Counted from the first letter of the stretch, positions 43,001 to 60,264 are shown. The stretch: DNA of 64,000 nucleotides from Eledone cirrhosa (GCA_964016885.1 OZ024753.1:34906001-34970000), one strand, 5' to 3'. The notes: generated by a model not told the origin, from the letters alone. A program made the numbers and translations.

Positions 43001-43559
43001 TATATATATATATATATATATATATACATACATAAGGCCGTGTATCTGGTTTAGAAAAGGCACACCATAACCCTACATGTCATAAGTAGCAACTAAAACA
43101 GTTGGTGTTAGGAAGGGCATTCAGCTGTAAAACATTGCCTCAAAAAGTCCCATACGACCCATACCAACAAAGAAAAGGCAACGTAAAAACGATATTGATG
43201 ATGGCGATAATGATATATAGATATAAAATATATCTTTTAATATGCAGCATTTAGATTTATTTATTCACATGCTAATATGCAGTTCCATCCTATACATATG
43301 TGCATATCAATAACAAGAAGAGTTTTTTTTTTTCTTTTTTCCTGCTACATTTTATAGTAAAATGTTTGATAAAATATCATAATAGACGCAGTTCAAACTA
43401 GATCAGAAATTCCAAATTATGAGATTATGTGAGACGCTTTAACAGCTGGTGTTTGAGAGATTGAATCACTGAAAAAAAAAGTTGTTATTCTCTGTTTGTT
43501 TATATTTTGGTGGTATGCAATAAAAGGTGCAGCAAACCAGAGCAAATTAAATAACCAAT

Positions 43560-45025
43560 ACATGGTGCCAGGGTAAAAAGCATGCAGTCCACCTTGTAAG
43601 GTGGTGGTGATGCTGGTGCCATGACATAAAACATCCAGTCCACCCTGTAAGGCAGTAGTGCTAGTGCCATGGCAAAAATAACCAAATCTACCCTGTAAGG
43701 TTGTAGTACAGGTGCCACAACAAAAGGCACCCAGTCTACCCTGTAAAGTGGTAGTGCTGGTGCCATTACCAAATGTCCCCAGTCTACCCTGTAAAGTGGT
43801 AGTGCTGGTGCCATTACCAAATGTTCCCAGTCTACCCTGTAAAGTGGTAGTGCTGGTGTCATGACCAAATGTTCCCAGTCTACCCTGTAAAGTGGTAGTG
43901 CTGGTACCATAACCAAATGTCCCCAGTCTACCCTGTAAAGTGGTAGTACTGGTACCATGACCAAATGTTCCCAGTCTACCCTGTAAAGTGGTAGTGCTGG
44001 TGCCATGACCAAATCTCCCCAGTCTACCCTGTAAAGTGGTAGTGCTGGTGTCATGACCAAATGTCCCCAGTCTACTCTGTAAAGTGGTAGTGCTGGTGTC
44101 ATGACCAAATGTCCCCAGTCTACCCTGTAAAGTGGTAGTGCTGGTGTCATGACCAAATGTTCCCAGTCTACCCTGTAAAGTGGTAGTGCTGGTACCATGA
44201 CCAAATGTCCCCAGTCTACCCTGTAAAGTGGTAGTGCTGGTGCCATGACCAAATGTCCCTAGTCTACCCTGTAAAGTGGTAGTGCTGGTGTCATGACCAA
44301 ATGTCCCCAGTCTACCCTGTAAAGTGGTAGTGCTGGTGTCATGACCAAATGTTCCCAGTCTACCCTGTAAAGTGGTAGTGCTGGTGTCATGACCAAATGT
44401 TCCCAGTCTACTCTGTAAAGTGGTAGTGCTGGTGTCATTACCAAATGTCTCCAGTCTACCCTGTAAAGTGGTAGTGCTGGTGTCATGACCAAATGTTCCC
44501 AGTCTACCCTGTAAAGTGGTAGTGCTGGTGTCATGACCAAATGTTCCCAGTCTACCCTGTAAAGTGGTAGTGCTGATGCCATGACCAAATGTTCCCAGTC
44601 TACTCTGTAAAGTGACAGTGCTGGTGCCATGACCAAATGTTCCCAGTCTACTCTGTAAAGTGGTAGTACTGGTGCCATGACCAAATGTTCCCAGTCTACC
44701 CTGTAAGGTGGTAGTGCTGGTGCCATGACCAAATGTCCCCAGTCTACCCTGTAAGGTGGTAGTGCTGGTGTCATGACCAAATGTTCCCAGTCTACCCTGT
44801 AAGGTGGTAGTGCTGGTGCCATGACCAAATGTTCCCAGTCTACCATGTAAAGTGGTAGTGCTGGTGTTATGACCAAATGTTCCCAGTCTACCCTGTAAAG
44901 TGGTAGTGCTGGTGTCATGACCAAATGTTCCCAGTCTACCCTGTAAAGTGGTAGTGCTGGTGCCATGACCAAATGTCCCCAGTCTACCCTGTAAGGTAAC
45001 AGTGCTGGTGCCATGATCAAATGTT
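43560..45025. repeat. 48-bp minisatellite (~30 copies) derived from a SINE-internal segment
   Basis: Unit GGTGCCATGACCAAATGTTCCCAGTCTACCCTGTAAAGTGGTAGTGCT. The oldest units resemble SINE segments at 24711-24760 and 59905-59975. Confidence 0.93.
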
Positions 45026-45250
45026 CCAGTTGATACAGTCAATGGAACAGCCTGCTCGTGAAATTAACATATAAGTGACTGAGCATTCCACAGACACGTG
45101 TACCGTTAATGTAGTTCTCAGGGAGATTCAGCATGATGCAGACAGTTACAAAGCTGGCCCTTCAAATTCCAGGTACACAACTGACTTTTGCCAGCTGAGT
45201 GGACTGGAGGAATGTGAAATAATGTGTCTTGCTCAAGGATATAGCATGCC
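45022..45250 (-). mobile_element. CORE-like SINE fragment
   Basis: CAGCTGAGTGGACTGGAG...GTGTCTTGCTCAAGGA is the reverse complement of the CORE-like segment, preceded by a distinct tail. Confidence 0.7.
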
Positions 45251-45921
45251 ATCAGGAATTGTCATGGTGGTGGTGGTGGTGGTGGTGGTGGTGATACATC
45301 TAACTACACTGACAGATCACTAACTCTTAACTCAAAACTGGCCTTTATCATAACAATAGTTCAAGACACACAGAGACTTCTCAGGTGAATCAATGAACTT
45401 TAGAAATTCACCTGATTGGATTAAGAAATAAGAAACAAAAATAAAAATAAAAATAAAACAAAATCACCTGGATAAGATTAACAAAAAAAAAATCATCTAA
45501 TAATAAATAAAATATTTTTTTTAATGTTTGTTTTGTCCAGATAAAAATATATATAATGAATAAATTCCATTTATTGCTAACCACCACTAAAAATTAAACA
45601 AAGGAACCTGTATGTGATTGTTTGACTTACTAGAAATAACAGTCAATTCTCCCTCAACTTACATTATACTGTTTTGAAAAAAAAGACATGGCATGAACAC
45701 AGCAATGTGGTTGGCATCCAGCTGTAGAAAGGAAGCCAAAATATAGATCTGTATGAGCATCATGTGGTCTCTAGAGCTGACTTGTCTCATAACACGACAA
45801 CCCATCTAACCCATGCTAATACTGGAACTCAACTGACTGCTTCCTTTTCTGCTACTTTGCACTCTGAGTTCAAATTCCACCTAGGAATTCAAGTGCTGCT
45901 CATGGCCAGGGCAAATCATCT

Positions 45922-47578
45922 CACCACAGGACCACAACAAATCACGAAAGTATCGATGGGTAGAGGTGACCACAGGACCACAACTAATCACGAAAGTATC
46001 GATGGGCAGAGGTGACCACAGGACCACAACTAATCACGAAAGTATCAATGGGTAGAGGTGACCACAGGACCACAACAAATCACGAAAGTATCGATGGGCA
46101 GAGGTGACCACAGGACCACAACTAATCACGAAAGTATCGATGGGCAGAGGTGACCACAGGACCACAACTAATCACGAAAGTATCGATGGGCAGAGGTGAC
46201 CACAGGACCACAACTAATCACGAAAGTATCGATGGGCAGAGGTGACCACAGGACCACAACTAATCACGAAAGTATCGATGGGCAGAGGTGACCACAGGAC
46301 CACAACTAATCACGAAAGTATCGATGGGCAGAGGTGACCACAGGACCACAACTAATCACGAAAGTATCAATGGGTAGAGGTGACCACAGGACCACAACTA
46401 ATCACGAAAGTATCGATGGGCAGAGGTGACCACAGGACCACAACTAATCACGAAAGTATCGATGGGCAGAGGTGACCACAGGACCACAACTAATCACGAA
46501 AGTATCGATGGGCAGAGGTGACCACAGGACCACAACTAATCACGAAAGTATCGATGGGCAGAGGTGACCACAGGACCACAACTAATCACGAAAGTATCAA
46601 TGGGCAGAGGTGACCACAGGACCACAACTAATCACAAAAGTATCGATGGGCAGAGGTGACCACAGGACCACAACTAATCACGAAAGTATCGATGGGCAGA
46701 GGTGACCACAGGACCACAACTAATCACGAAAGTATCGATGGGCAGAGGTGACCACAGGACCACAACTAATCACGAAAGTATCGATGGGCAGAGGTGACCA
46801 CAGGACCACAACTAATCACGAAAGTATCGATGGGCAGAGGTGACCACAGGACCACAACTAATCACGAAAGTATCAATGGGCAGAGGTGACCACAGGACCA
46901 CAACTAATCACAAAAGTATCGATGGGCAGAGGTGACCACAGGACCACAACTAATCACGAAAGTATCGATGGGCAGAGGTGACCACAGGACCACAACTAAT
47001 CACGAAAGTATCAATGGGCAGAGGTGACCACAGGACCACAACTAATCACGAAAGTATCGATGGGCAGAGGTGACCACAGGACCACAACTAATCACGAAAG
47101 TATCGATGAGCAGAGGTGACCACAGGACCACAACTAATCACAAAATTATCAATGGGTAGAAGTGACCACAGGACCACAACTAATCACGAAAGTATCAATG
47201 GGTAGAGGTGACCACAGGACCACAACTAATCACGAAAGTATCAATGGGCAGAGGTGACCACAGGACCACAACTAATCACGAAAGTATCAACAGGCAGTGG
47301 CGACCACAGGACCACAACTAATCACGAAAGTATCAACAGGCAGTGGTGACCACAGGACCACAACTAATCACGAAAGTATCGATGGGCAGAGGTGACCACA
47401 GGACCACAACTAATCACGAAAGTATCAACAGGCAGTGGCGACCACAGGACCACAACTAATCACGAAAGTATCAACAGGCAGTGGCGACCACAGGACCACA
47501 ACTAATCACGAAAGTATCAACAGGCAGTGGTGACCACAGGACCACAACTAATCACGAAAGTATCGATGGGTAGAGGTG
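45922..47578. repeat. 46-bp minisatellite, ~36 copies
   Basis: Unit GACCACAGGACCACAACTAATCACGAAAGTATCGATGGGCAGAGGT. Confidence 0.97.
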
Positions 47579-48033
47579 GATTGTGGCCATCCACTTTTAC
47601 AGTCAAATAATGATGATGATCATACATTAACACACACTCACATGAACACACACACACACACATATTAACACATACACACATGAACCCACACACATGAACA
47701 CACACACGAACACACACACACACACACAAACACTTACAAGCACACATGCACATTTAACTACTGTTGTTGTCCAGACCCCAATGTGTCCTTTCTCTATTTA
47801 AAACAATAAGGTGTGATTTGAGAGAGATTTAACTGCTATTTCTAGTATGTAAGTGACCACATAGAGGCTTCTTCATTAGCTTCATTTAAACGTAGTTAAC
47901 ATGAATGGTGAGTTGCCAACCAACTTGTCACCAGCAGTGGAAGAAAAAAAATGAAATTTGTAGCTGACACCTATACATCTTCAGCATGTCTTCCATGTTG
48001 CTGTACATTGTGTTTTTAATCAAGACACTTTAA

Positions 48034-49300
48034 CTATTTAGCATTTAAACCGGCCATATCCATCCAGAATTCTCTCACCTCTTTCTGTTCAAACTGGCCG
48101 TAACTAGTCACTCATACTGATGTTAAGGTATTGTTCTCAAAATAAATAACATCAAAATGTCATAGATTCGATATTATGTGAGATAATTATGTAAGATAAA
48201 GACTTTACCACAAAAATACAATAGTATATATAGAGTAATGTAAATGTTATGTGAGATAATTATGTTAGATAAAGCCTTTACCACAAAAATACAATAGTAT
48301 ATATAGAGTAATGTAAATGTTATGTGAGATAATTATGTTAGATAAAGCCTTTACCACAAAAATACAATAGTATATATAGAGTAATGTAAATGTTATGTGA
48401 GATATTATGTTAGATAAAGCCTTTACCACAAAAATACAATAGTATATATAGAGTAATGTAAATGTTATGTGAGATAATTATGTTAGATAAAGCCTTTACC
48501 ACAAAAATACAATAGTATATATAGAGTAATGTAAATGTTATGTGAGATAATTATGTGAGATAATTATGTTAGATAAAGCCTTTACCACAAAAATACAATA
48601 GTATATATAGAGTAATGTAAATGTTATGTGAGATAATTATGTTAGATAAAGCCTTTACCACAAAAATACAATAGTATATATAGAGTAATGTAAATGTTAT
48701 GTGAGATAATTATGTGAGATAATTATGTTAGATAAAGCCTTTACCACAAAAATACAATAGTATATATAGAGTAATGTAAATGTTATGTGAGATATTATGT
48801 GAGATAATTATGTTAGATAAAGCCTTTACCACAAAAATACAATAGTATATATAGAGTAATGTAAATGTTATGTGAGATATTATGTGAGATAATTATGTTA
48901 GATAAAGCCTTTACCACAAAAATACAATAGTATATATAGAGTAATGTAAATGTTATGTGAGATATTATGTGAGATAATTATGTTAGATAAAGCCTTTACC
49001 ACAAAAATACAATAGTATATATAGAGTAATGTAAATGTTATGTGAGATATTATGTGAGATAATTATGTTAGATAAAGCCTTTACCACAAAAATACAATAG
49101 TATATATAGAGTAATGTAAATGTTATGTGAGATATTATGTGAGATAATTATGTTAGATAAAGCCTTTACCACAAAAATACAATAGTATATATAGAGTAAT
49201 GTAAATGTTATGTGAGATATTATGTGAGATAATTATGTTAGATAAAGCCTTTACCACAAAAATACAATAGTATATATAGAGTAATGTAAATGCTAAAGGG
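48034..49300. mobile_element. piggyBac-type MITE, family A (inverted), expanded by ~14 internal tandem units of 72-86 bp
   Basis: TTAA-CTATTTAGCATTTA...TAAATGCTAAAGGG-TTAA. The subterminal segment is amplified in tandem over ~48174-49291. Confidence 0.88.
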
Positions 49301-49480
49301 TTAACTCATACTAACTCTGTTCTCCAAGCTTGAAAACTGTATTACGGAATAATAGTTTCGGATCTAGGCACAAGGCCAGCAATTTTGGGGAAGGAGAAAG
49401 TCAATTAAATCGACCCCAGTATGTTACTGGTACCTTATTTTGTCGCCACAAGACCAACAATTTGCGAGGAGGGAAAAGTT

Positions 49481-50128
49481 CATCATCATCAACGTTTAAC
49501 GTCCCTGTTCCACACTTGCATGGGTTTGGACGGGGGGTTTTCCCACTTGAGGCAAGAGTGATTGTCTTGCTCGCATAGGACTGTCTGGCGGGTTTTCTAC
49601 AGCTGGATGCCCTTCCTAACACCAACCACGTTTACAGGGTGGGGCTGGGAGGTTTTTACCGTGTTACCTACACGGCCACATTACAGCGTGGACTGTGTGT
49701 TTTTTTTGTCGTGACACCTACACGACCTCATTTATTTCGGCCTGGATGTTGTGGTACCAACATAACTTTACATTGAAGGGGGCGGTGTGGATGGGGTGGG
49801 GGTGGTGGGACGGGGGTGTATTTTGTTAGAGATGCCTACTGACTGTAGTAGGTTTTACTTTGTATTTAGGTAAGGTGGGTCTTCTCTATTACTGAGTACC
49901 GCCAAAGGTCTCGGTCCAGTGACATTGTCTTGGAGAGGTGTAAGTGTGTGAGGTAGGAATTTATCAGCTCGTCCCAGGTTTTTCTGGGTCTGCCTACTCC
50001 GTGGCTACCGTCTATCTTTATTGCCCTGCACTTTGTTATACAGCTGTCGTCTTTCATGCGCATCACGTGACCGTACCAACGTAGCCTTCTCTCGAGTAAA
50101 CAACATCTGATCCCTCTTATTTCTAATT
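49481..50128 (-). mobile_element. RTE LINE 3' fragment with 3' UTR (second family)
   Basis: Encodes RRLRWYGHVMRMKDDSCITKC...GRPRKTWDELI...DRDLWRY; highly similar to 52555-53190. Confidence 0.92.
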
Positions 50129-50396
50129 TGATTATATCAATTAAGTTGATTATATCAACCCCAACCAGTACATTACTGGTACTTTATTTTATCGACCCTC
50201 CGTAAGGATGAAAGACAAAGTTAACCTCGGTAGGAGTTGAACTCAGAATATAAAGATATGTAACTATGCCACAAAATGATGTCCGACGCTCTACCGATCA
50301 CTACCAATCTACCACCCTTGTATTACAGAATAATAAAGTTAATTCTTGTAAGCAACAAAAGGCTGATGTAGTTGATATAGCGTCTAAGTCTAAAGT

Positions 50397-50672
50397 CTGT
50401 CTTAAGCCAGAAGGATCATTTGGCCGGAGCTTATTCTGGTTTCATGGCGTGAAGCGACTGGGAGTACAAGACTCCCCCTTGGACAGGACACCAGTCCATT
50501 GCAGGGTTAAACCCCCAACTACCACTGGTACTTTTCAACTGAGTATACAGGAGCAATGTAAAATGAAGTGTTTTGCTCAAAAACACAACACGCAACCCAG
50601 CCCAGGAATCAAACCCCACGACATTATGATCGTTAAGTCCAACACTCTTACCACTAGGCCACGTGCCTCCAT
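50397..50672 (-). mobile_element. tRNA-derived CORE-like SINE, homologous to 1141-1405
   Basis: Minus strand GGAGGCACGTGGCCTAGTGGTAAG head, CORE-like segment, CCCTGCAATGGACTGG tail. Confidence 0.8.
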
Positions 50673-50925
50673 CTTGATATAGAGCTGAACTGAAAATCTC
50701 ACAGCTGTAACTTGGAAGAAGATTCTCCTAAAGTAACAGAGATAATCAATGATGGATGAAGACACCTAATGATTAAGCAGTGTTAATTAATCAATCCAGT
50801 TTATAACAGGTGTAGGATAAACATTGATTTATTGACTGATTGATAACACTAATTTTTGATACTGATACTTTTCTAACAGTCGCCACAGAGTGGAAGAACA
50901 GATCATCATCATCATCATCATCATG

Positions 50926-51202
50926 TTTTTGATTATGCAGGACACAATTAATACCTAAGTTGGGGGTGGGTCCTGCCTGACAGTGCTCCTTGGTGTCCAG
51001 CTCCATGCGTTTCTGACCACCGGTCTCACTTGGGCCAGGCCAAGCCTAGCTTGATACCAACAGATTCCAGTTTTTGATTATGCAGGACACAATTAATCCC
51101 TAATTGCCTGACAGCAATCCTTAGCACCCCGCTCCATGTGTTTCTGACCGCCGGTCACACATGGGCCAGGACAGGACAAGCCTAGCTTGATCCCAACAGA
51201 CA
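50926..51202. repeat. Diverged ~140-bp direct repeat pair
   Basis: TTTTTGATTATGCAGGACACAATTAAT...CAAGCCTAGCTTGAT..CAACAGA occurs twice. Confidence 0.75.
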
Positions 51203-51973
51203 TCCTCCATTCATATATTCGATTATATCAATCCCCAGCTGTTGACAGGTCCTGTATTTTATCAACCTCAGGAAAGATGGAAGGCACTTCAGAACATAAA
51301 GGAATGTAAGTAAATATCACAAAACATTTGGTTTGACATTATAACAACAATGCCAATCCACTGACATTGCTTCATTGATGATATTAATGATCCAGAGTAA
51401 GAGCATTGCAATTGTTTGTACAGAATATACTGCTTTGGTTATAAATTATTGAAAATATTATTATGCTTTTGAATGTAAAGTGGTCGTGTAGGTGTCACAA
51501 TAAAAAGCATTCATGAGGTTGGCATTAGGAAGGGCATCCAGCTATAGAAACCCAGCCCAAATCAGGTCACCTGACCTAGCATTGCCCACAACAGGACAAC
51601 TCGTCTAACCCATGCTGGTGTGGAAAATGGACGTAAAACGGTGATGATGATGAATGAGTTTCTCAAGCCAACTCTATTGATAGATGCTCTTCCTAACACC
51701 AACCACTTTACAGCATGTACTGGGTGCTTTTACTGTGTAAATCACCAGCACTAGGGTGGGTGCCATGTCCTTGATATAACTAAATGATACTCTTAACCAT
51801 TTTTTTATTGGAACACAAGATCATAAATAAGTGCACAGGTCCCTGGCCTACCTGGGAGATTAGTGGCTCTGCTGCAGTACTGACTTGGTCTATATGGACA
51901 CATCTAACCCTTACTAGCAAGGAAAAAACAGACATTACAACGACAATGATAATGATGATGTAGTAAAACTAAT

Positions 51974-52183
51974 GATTTCTAGTATAGGCACAAGGCCAGT
52001 AATTTGGGGGGGGGGTCGATTAAATCGACGCCAGTACATTACTGGTGCTTTATTTTATCGACCCCGTAAGGATGAAAGGCAAAGATAACCTCGGTGGGAT
52101 TTGAACTCAGACCGTAAAGGGCCGTAACTCTATGCTGCAAAGCATGGTGTCCGACTCTCTACCGGTACTGCCAATCCACCGCC
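51974..52183 (-). mobile_element. S1 SINE
   Basis: Full head, core and tail, flanked by TAGTAAAACTAATGA on both sides (51961 and 52191), a probable TSD. Confidence 0.9.
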
Positions 52184-52205
52184 CTTGATTTAGTAAAACT
52201 AATGA

Positions 52206-53190
52206 GCAAGTGTTTGGCATGGTTCAGGGTTCTATAGAAATAGTGGACAGCTTCCGTTACCTGGGTGACAAAATCAGCAGTGGGGGAGGGTGCTCTGAAA
52301 GTACAGTAGCCAGAGTCAGAACTGGTTGGAAAAAGTTCAGAGAGCTTATACCACTATTAGCTGCTAAAGGGTTCTCCCTAAAAATGAAAGGCAGGTTGTA
52401 CGATGCCTGCATACGAACAGCAATGTTGCACGGTAGTGAGACCTGGGCATTGTGTGCAGAGGATATACGCAGACTAGAGAGGAACGAAGCTTGCATGCTC
52501 CGCTGGATGTGTAACAGTAATATACGTGAACGGCAAAGCATAAACGAACTAAGGAAAAAATTAGAGATAAGAGGGATCAGATGTTGTTTACTCGAGAGAA
52601 GGCTACGTTGGTATGGACACGTGATGCGCATGAAAGTCGATAGCTGTATTACAAAGTGCAGGGCAATAAAGATAGACGGTAGCCACGGAATAGGCAGACC
52701 TAGAAAAACATGGGATGAGCTGATAAACTCCGACCTCACACACTTACACCTCTCCAAGACAATGTCACTGGACCGTGACCTTTGGCGGTACTCAGTAACA
52801 GAGAAGACCCGCCTTGCCAGTAGGCATCTCTAACAAAATACACCCCGTCCCGCCACCACCCCCACCCCATCCACACCACCCCGTTCTATGTAAAGTTATG
52901 TTGGTGCCGCGCCATCCAGGCCGAAACAAATGAGATCGTGTAGGTGTTACGACAAAAAAACACACAGTCCACGCTGTAATGTGGCCGTGAAGGCAACACG
53001 GTAAAAACCTCCCAGACCCACACTGTAAATGTGGTTGGTGTTAGGAAGGGCATCCAACTGTAGAAAACCTGCCAGACAGTCCTATGCGAGCAAGACAATC
53101 ACTCTTGCCTCAAGTGGGACTACCCCCGTCCAAACCCATGCAAGCGTGGAACACGGACGTTAAACGTTGATGATGATGATGATGATGATA
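52206..53190 (+). mobile_element. RTE LINE 3' ~1 kb (RT C-terminus and 3' UTR)
   Basis: ORF 52210-52833 reads IEIVDSFRYLG...GWKKFREL...MLHGSETW...RRLRWYGHVMRM...GRPRKTW. The UTR ends in GGACGTTAAACG(TGA)n. Confidence 0.94.
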
Positions 53191-53645
53191 ATAAATATCA
53201 AGAAACAAAAATCCATTATAGATTGGTCATTCAGTCCACCAAGAATAGATGTTAAGAAAATTCTAGAAGATTTAGCGTGATGTGGGAGGTTTCAGGTTTA
53301 TTAAATTTGGAATCTTAGCTCGAGGACCATTATTTAACGAAAGCAAATTAGTACATAAATATCTAGAATCTAAGAAATAATTAGGATTGAAATCTTTCCA
53401 TTTATTTTGAATGTCAGCTGGAAGTGAAAACTGTTCTTGGATTTTATCTTTGTGGGAATTCTGAGATAAGAAGGGGGGGGGGGATTTTTTTTAGAAAAAA
53501 ACCCTAGAAAAAATGGGGAAAAAAAACATGCAGAAAAAAATGGCAAAAAAAATACAGTAAATAAGAGGAAAAACAAAAATGAGAAAAATTGTTTTTTGTA
53601 AACATTGATACAATATGGAGTTACGCTGAACTTCAGACTGTAGTG

Positions 53646-57005
<3,360 letters not shown>

Positions 57006-57455
57006 TTTACACATACAAACAAATAAATACATAGACATGTATAAAAAAAGAAATCAATTATTTTTCCATCCAAACTTGCTTCGACATTTCTTTGCGTAAA
57101 CATTATTGTTGGTGTAAATTGTTAGTTCCTAAATATAGTTTCGAAAGGAAAAAAAGAAACTCATATACATAAAGAAATGGTGGGTGGAAAGTAAGAATTT
57201 CACTTATTTTCATGGAAAAACATAAGTAGTAAATGCAGTTAGTAGACATGATAAAATATGGCTTTGTATCAATATATCTGAAAACATTTGTAGCAGTGGT
57301 TAACTTAAGATTAAATGGGTAGCTGGCTGGTTAGCTGGCTGGCAGGAACAATGGTTAAAGAACTGTGTAAGTATTGAGAATAATATTTTTGGCTAACTTT
57401 TTTTTTTATACAGAGAATGATTCCAAACAAAATTTATTGGTATATAAATGTTTAA

Positions 57456-57660
57456 CCCTTTAGCATTCACTATTGTATTTTCATGGTAAAAGCTTTACCT
57501 CACATAAATATCTCATATAATATCGAATCTATGAGATTTTGAAAGTATTTATTTTGAGAACAATACCTTAACATCAGTTTGAGCAACCAGTTACAGCCAG
57601 TTTCAACATAAAGAGGTGAGAGAATTCTGGCCAGTTTTGGCCGGTTTGAACACTAAAGGG
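57456..57660. mobile_element. piggyBac-type MITE, family A
   Basis: TTAA-CCCTTTAGCATTCA...AACACTAAAGGG-TTAA. Confidence 0.85.
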
Positions 57661-57951
57661 TTAACTCTACTTTTGAGTTTGTTACAATAAGTACAAAGCC
57701 ACAAATAATGTAATATATTGTAACTGTATTACTTAGATGTCTGATTCCCTTGACTTATGTTACAATAGTAGATAGCTGTGGAAGGATACAGTATGGTTAA
57801 ATTGTTAAGAAGCTCACTTTATAATCATGAGCTTCTGAGTTTGGTCCCACTAAGGTTGATAGAGTGAAGTACCAGACACGATTGGAGTCACTTTAATTGA
57901 CTTTCCCCTCCCAAGAAATTTGTTAATCTTGTGTCTAAATTAGAAACCATT

Positions 57952-58131
57952 ATGGCAGTATCGGTAGAGGGTCGGACGCCATGCTTTCCAGCATAGTTAC
58001 GTCCCTTTACAATCTGAGTTCAAATCCCGCCGAGGTTGACTTTGCCTTTCATCCTTACGGGGTCGATAAAATAAAGTACCAGTAATGCACTCTGAGTAAT
58101 TTCTGGCCTTGTGCCTAAAGTAGAAACCATT
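57952..58131 (+). mobile_element. S1 SINE
   Basis: TGGCAGTATCGGTAGAG...GAGTTCAAATCCC...core...TAGAAACCATTAT. Confidence 0.88.
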
Positions 58132-58683
58132 ATGTAATATGACTATTGGCAGTAGATGACAGAATTAGTAGAGCTCATGCCAAAATCATTTGTGGTGTAT
58201 ACTTATATCCTTTTACAACCTGAGTTTCAATACTGTCCTGTTCAACCTCTTTGTTGAAAGGAGACTAAAAGGGCTGGTATGGGGAAGAACTTCTGCCCAT
58301 AAAAGATCTCACCAAAAATATCCTGTCAAACCCATACCAGTATGGAAAAGCAGACATAAAAATGATGATGGTGCTGCTAACCATCATCATCATTGTTGTT
58401 TTAATGTTTGCTTTCCCTGCTAGCAAGGGCTGGATGGGTCTACATAGACCAAATCAGTACTGAAGCTTGGCTACAGATCTCCCAGACAAGCCAGTCATCT
58501 GTTGCCTTGCCTATGTTTAGTGTAACGGTCTACCTACGTTCTAATGACATATACAGTATATTAATATATCAATATTTAACATGTAAATATAGATATAAAT
58601 TTATTATTCACACAGAAAGTCTTCATTGTTTGCTTGTCTCTTATATATTGTGTTATTTACTTGAGTTGTATTGTATCAATAAT

Positions 58684-59360
58684 AATTGTTTCTACTTTTG
58701 GCACAAGGCCAGCAATTACCCAGTACATTACTGGTACTTTATTTCATCGACCCCGTAAGGATGAAAGGCAAAGTTAACCTCGGCGGGATTTGAACTCAGA
58801 TCGTAAAGGGACGTAACTACGCTGGAAAGCATGTCTGGCCCTCTACCGATACTGCCAATTCACCGCCGTCAATAATAATTGTTTCTACTTTTGGCACAAG
58901 GCCACCAATTAACCAGCGTATTACTGGTACTTTATTTTATCGACCCCGTAAGGATGAAAGGCAAAGTTAACCTCGGCGGGATTTGAACTCAGATCGTAAA
59001 GGGACGTAACTACGCTGGAAAGCATGTCTGGCCCTCTACCAATACTGCCAATTCACCGCCGTCAATAATAATTGTTTCTACTTTTGGCACAAGGTCAGCA
59101 ATTAACCAGCGTATTACTGGTACTTTATTTTATCGACCCCGTAAGGATGAAAGGCAAAGTTAACCTCGGCGGGATTTGAACTCAGATCGTAAAGGGACGT
59201 AACTACGCTGGAAAGCATGTCTGGCCCTCTACCAATACTGCCAATTCACCGCCGTCAATAATAATTGTTTCTACTTTTGGCACAAGGCCAGCAATTAACC
59301 AGCGTATTACTGGTACTTTATTTTATCGACCCCGTAAGGATGAAAGGCAAAGTTAACCTC
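58684..59360 (-). mobile_element. Tandem array of 3.5 S1 SINEs (193-bp period)
   Basis: GTCAATAATA junctions at 58868, 59061 and 59254; near-identical units. Confidence 0.92.
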
Positions 59361-59999
59361 AATAATAATGGCAACAGCATTGAACATAGTGTATACAGTA
59401 TACAGTCATGGATTGGTGTGACGTATATACCAAGATTGCTGTCTGGTGTACCAACAGTTATATAAACTGGGAAATTTGAACTTTGATAAAGTAATGATTT
59501 GCATAAGAAAAATATAAGGGAGAAATGTAGGGTTAGAACCCAGGATGTTGTGACTGGAAAGAGACCTTCTTATTGTAGCAACATGACTGGGATAGGAGAT
59601 GTATTGTGTTTGTCTGTTTGTGTGTGTGTGTGTGTGTAAGCATATGTATGAATGTATGCACGCGCATGTGTCTGTGTCTGTCTATGCGTATGTATATGTA
59701 TATTTTAAAGAGTTACAGATGGAGATCATCATCATCATCATCATCATCACTGTTTGTCGTCTAGTTTCCATGCTTGCATGGGTTCGACAGCTGTCACATG
59801 CTGAGGCTAGACTGTTCAGGTGACAAGGTCCTACTTATACACTTTGTTTTGACTTGGTTTCTACAGTTGGGTACCTTCCTAATACTAACCACTTTACTGC
59901 ATGTACCAGGAGCACCTTTACTGTGACTCTGGCACTACCACCTTACAGGGTGGACTGGGTGCTTTTATCATGGCAGCAACAATCACACACAGTGTATTA

Positions 60000-60079
60000 T
60001 TGGGTCGTCAAGTATGAAATTTGTAGAAATTTGTTTGTTTTTCTACAAATTTCTACAAATTTCATATTTTACGACCCAA
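60000..60079. mobile_element. 80-bp Tc1/mariner-type MITE
   Basis: TA-TTGGGTCGTCAAGTATGAAATTTGTAGAAATTTG...CAAATTTCTACAAATTTCATATTTTACGACCCAA-TA. A half copy lies at ~6706-6743. Confidence 0.78.
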
Positions 60080-60264
60080 TATTTATTTTATTTACATTAT
60101 AATTTTGTCCTTTTGGAATGGAGAATGTGGACACTTTTTCTTTATTTTTTTTTTTTTTTTTTTGTAATTATTTGTCCTGTAAAATCTGTCCAGTTGTCCA
60201 GCAATTCTTTCCTGAGACATTCTAACCACATGCCCCTAGTACCAAAGACCCAGCTGTAGACACT

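Noticed and set aside
45922-47578. CRISPR-like or coding 46-bp array
   Set aside because: There are no spacers and the unit length is not a multiple of 3.
52210-52833. Active reverse transcriptase gene
   Set aside because: Only the C-terminal part of an RTE ORF is present. The endonuclease and catalytic YADD region are absent.
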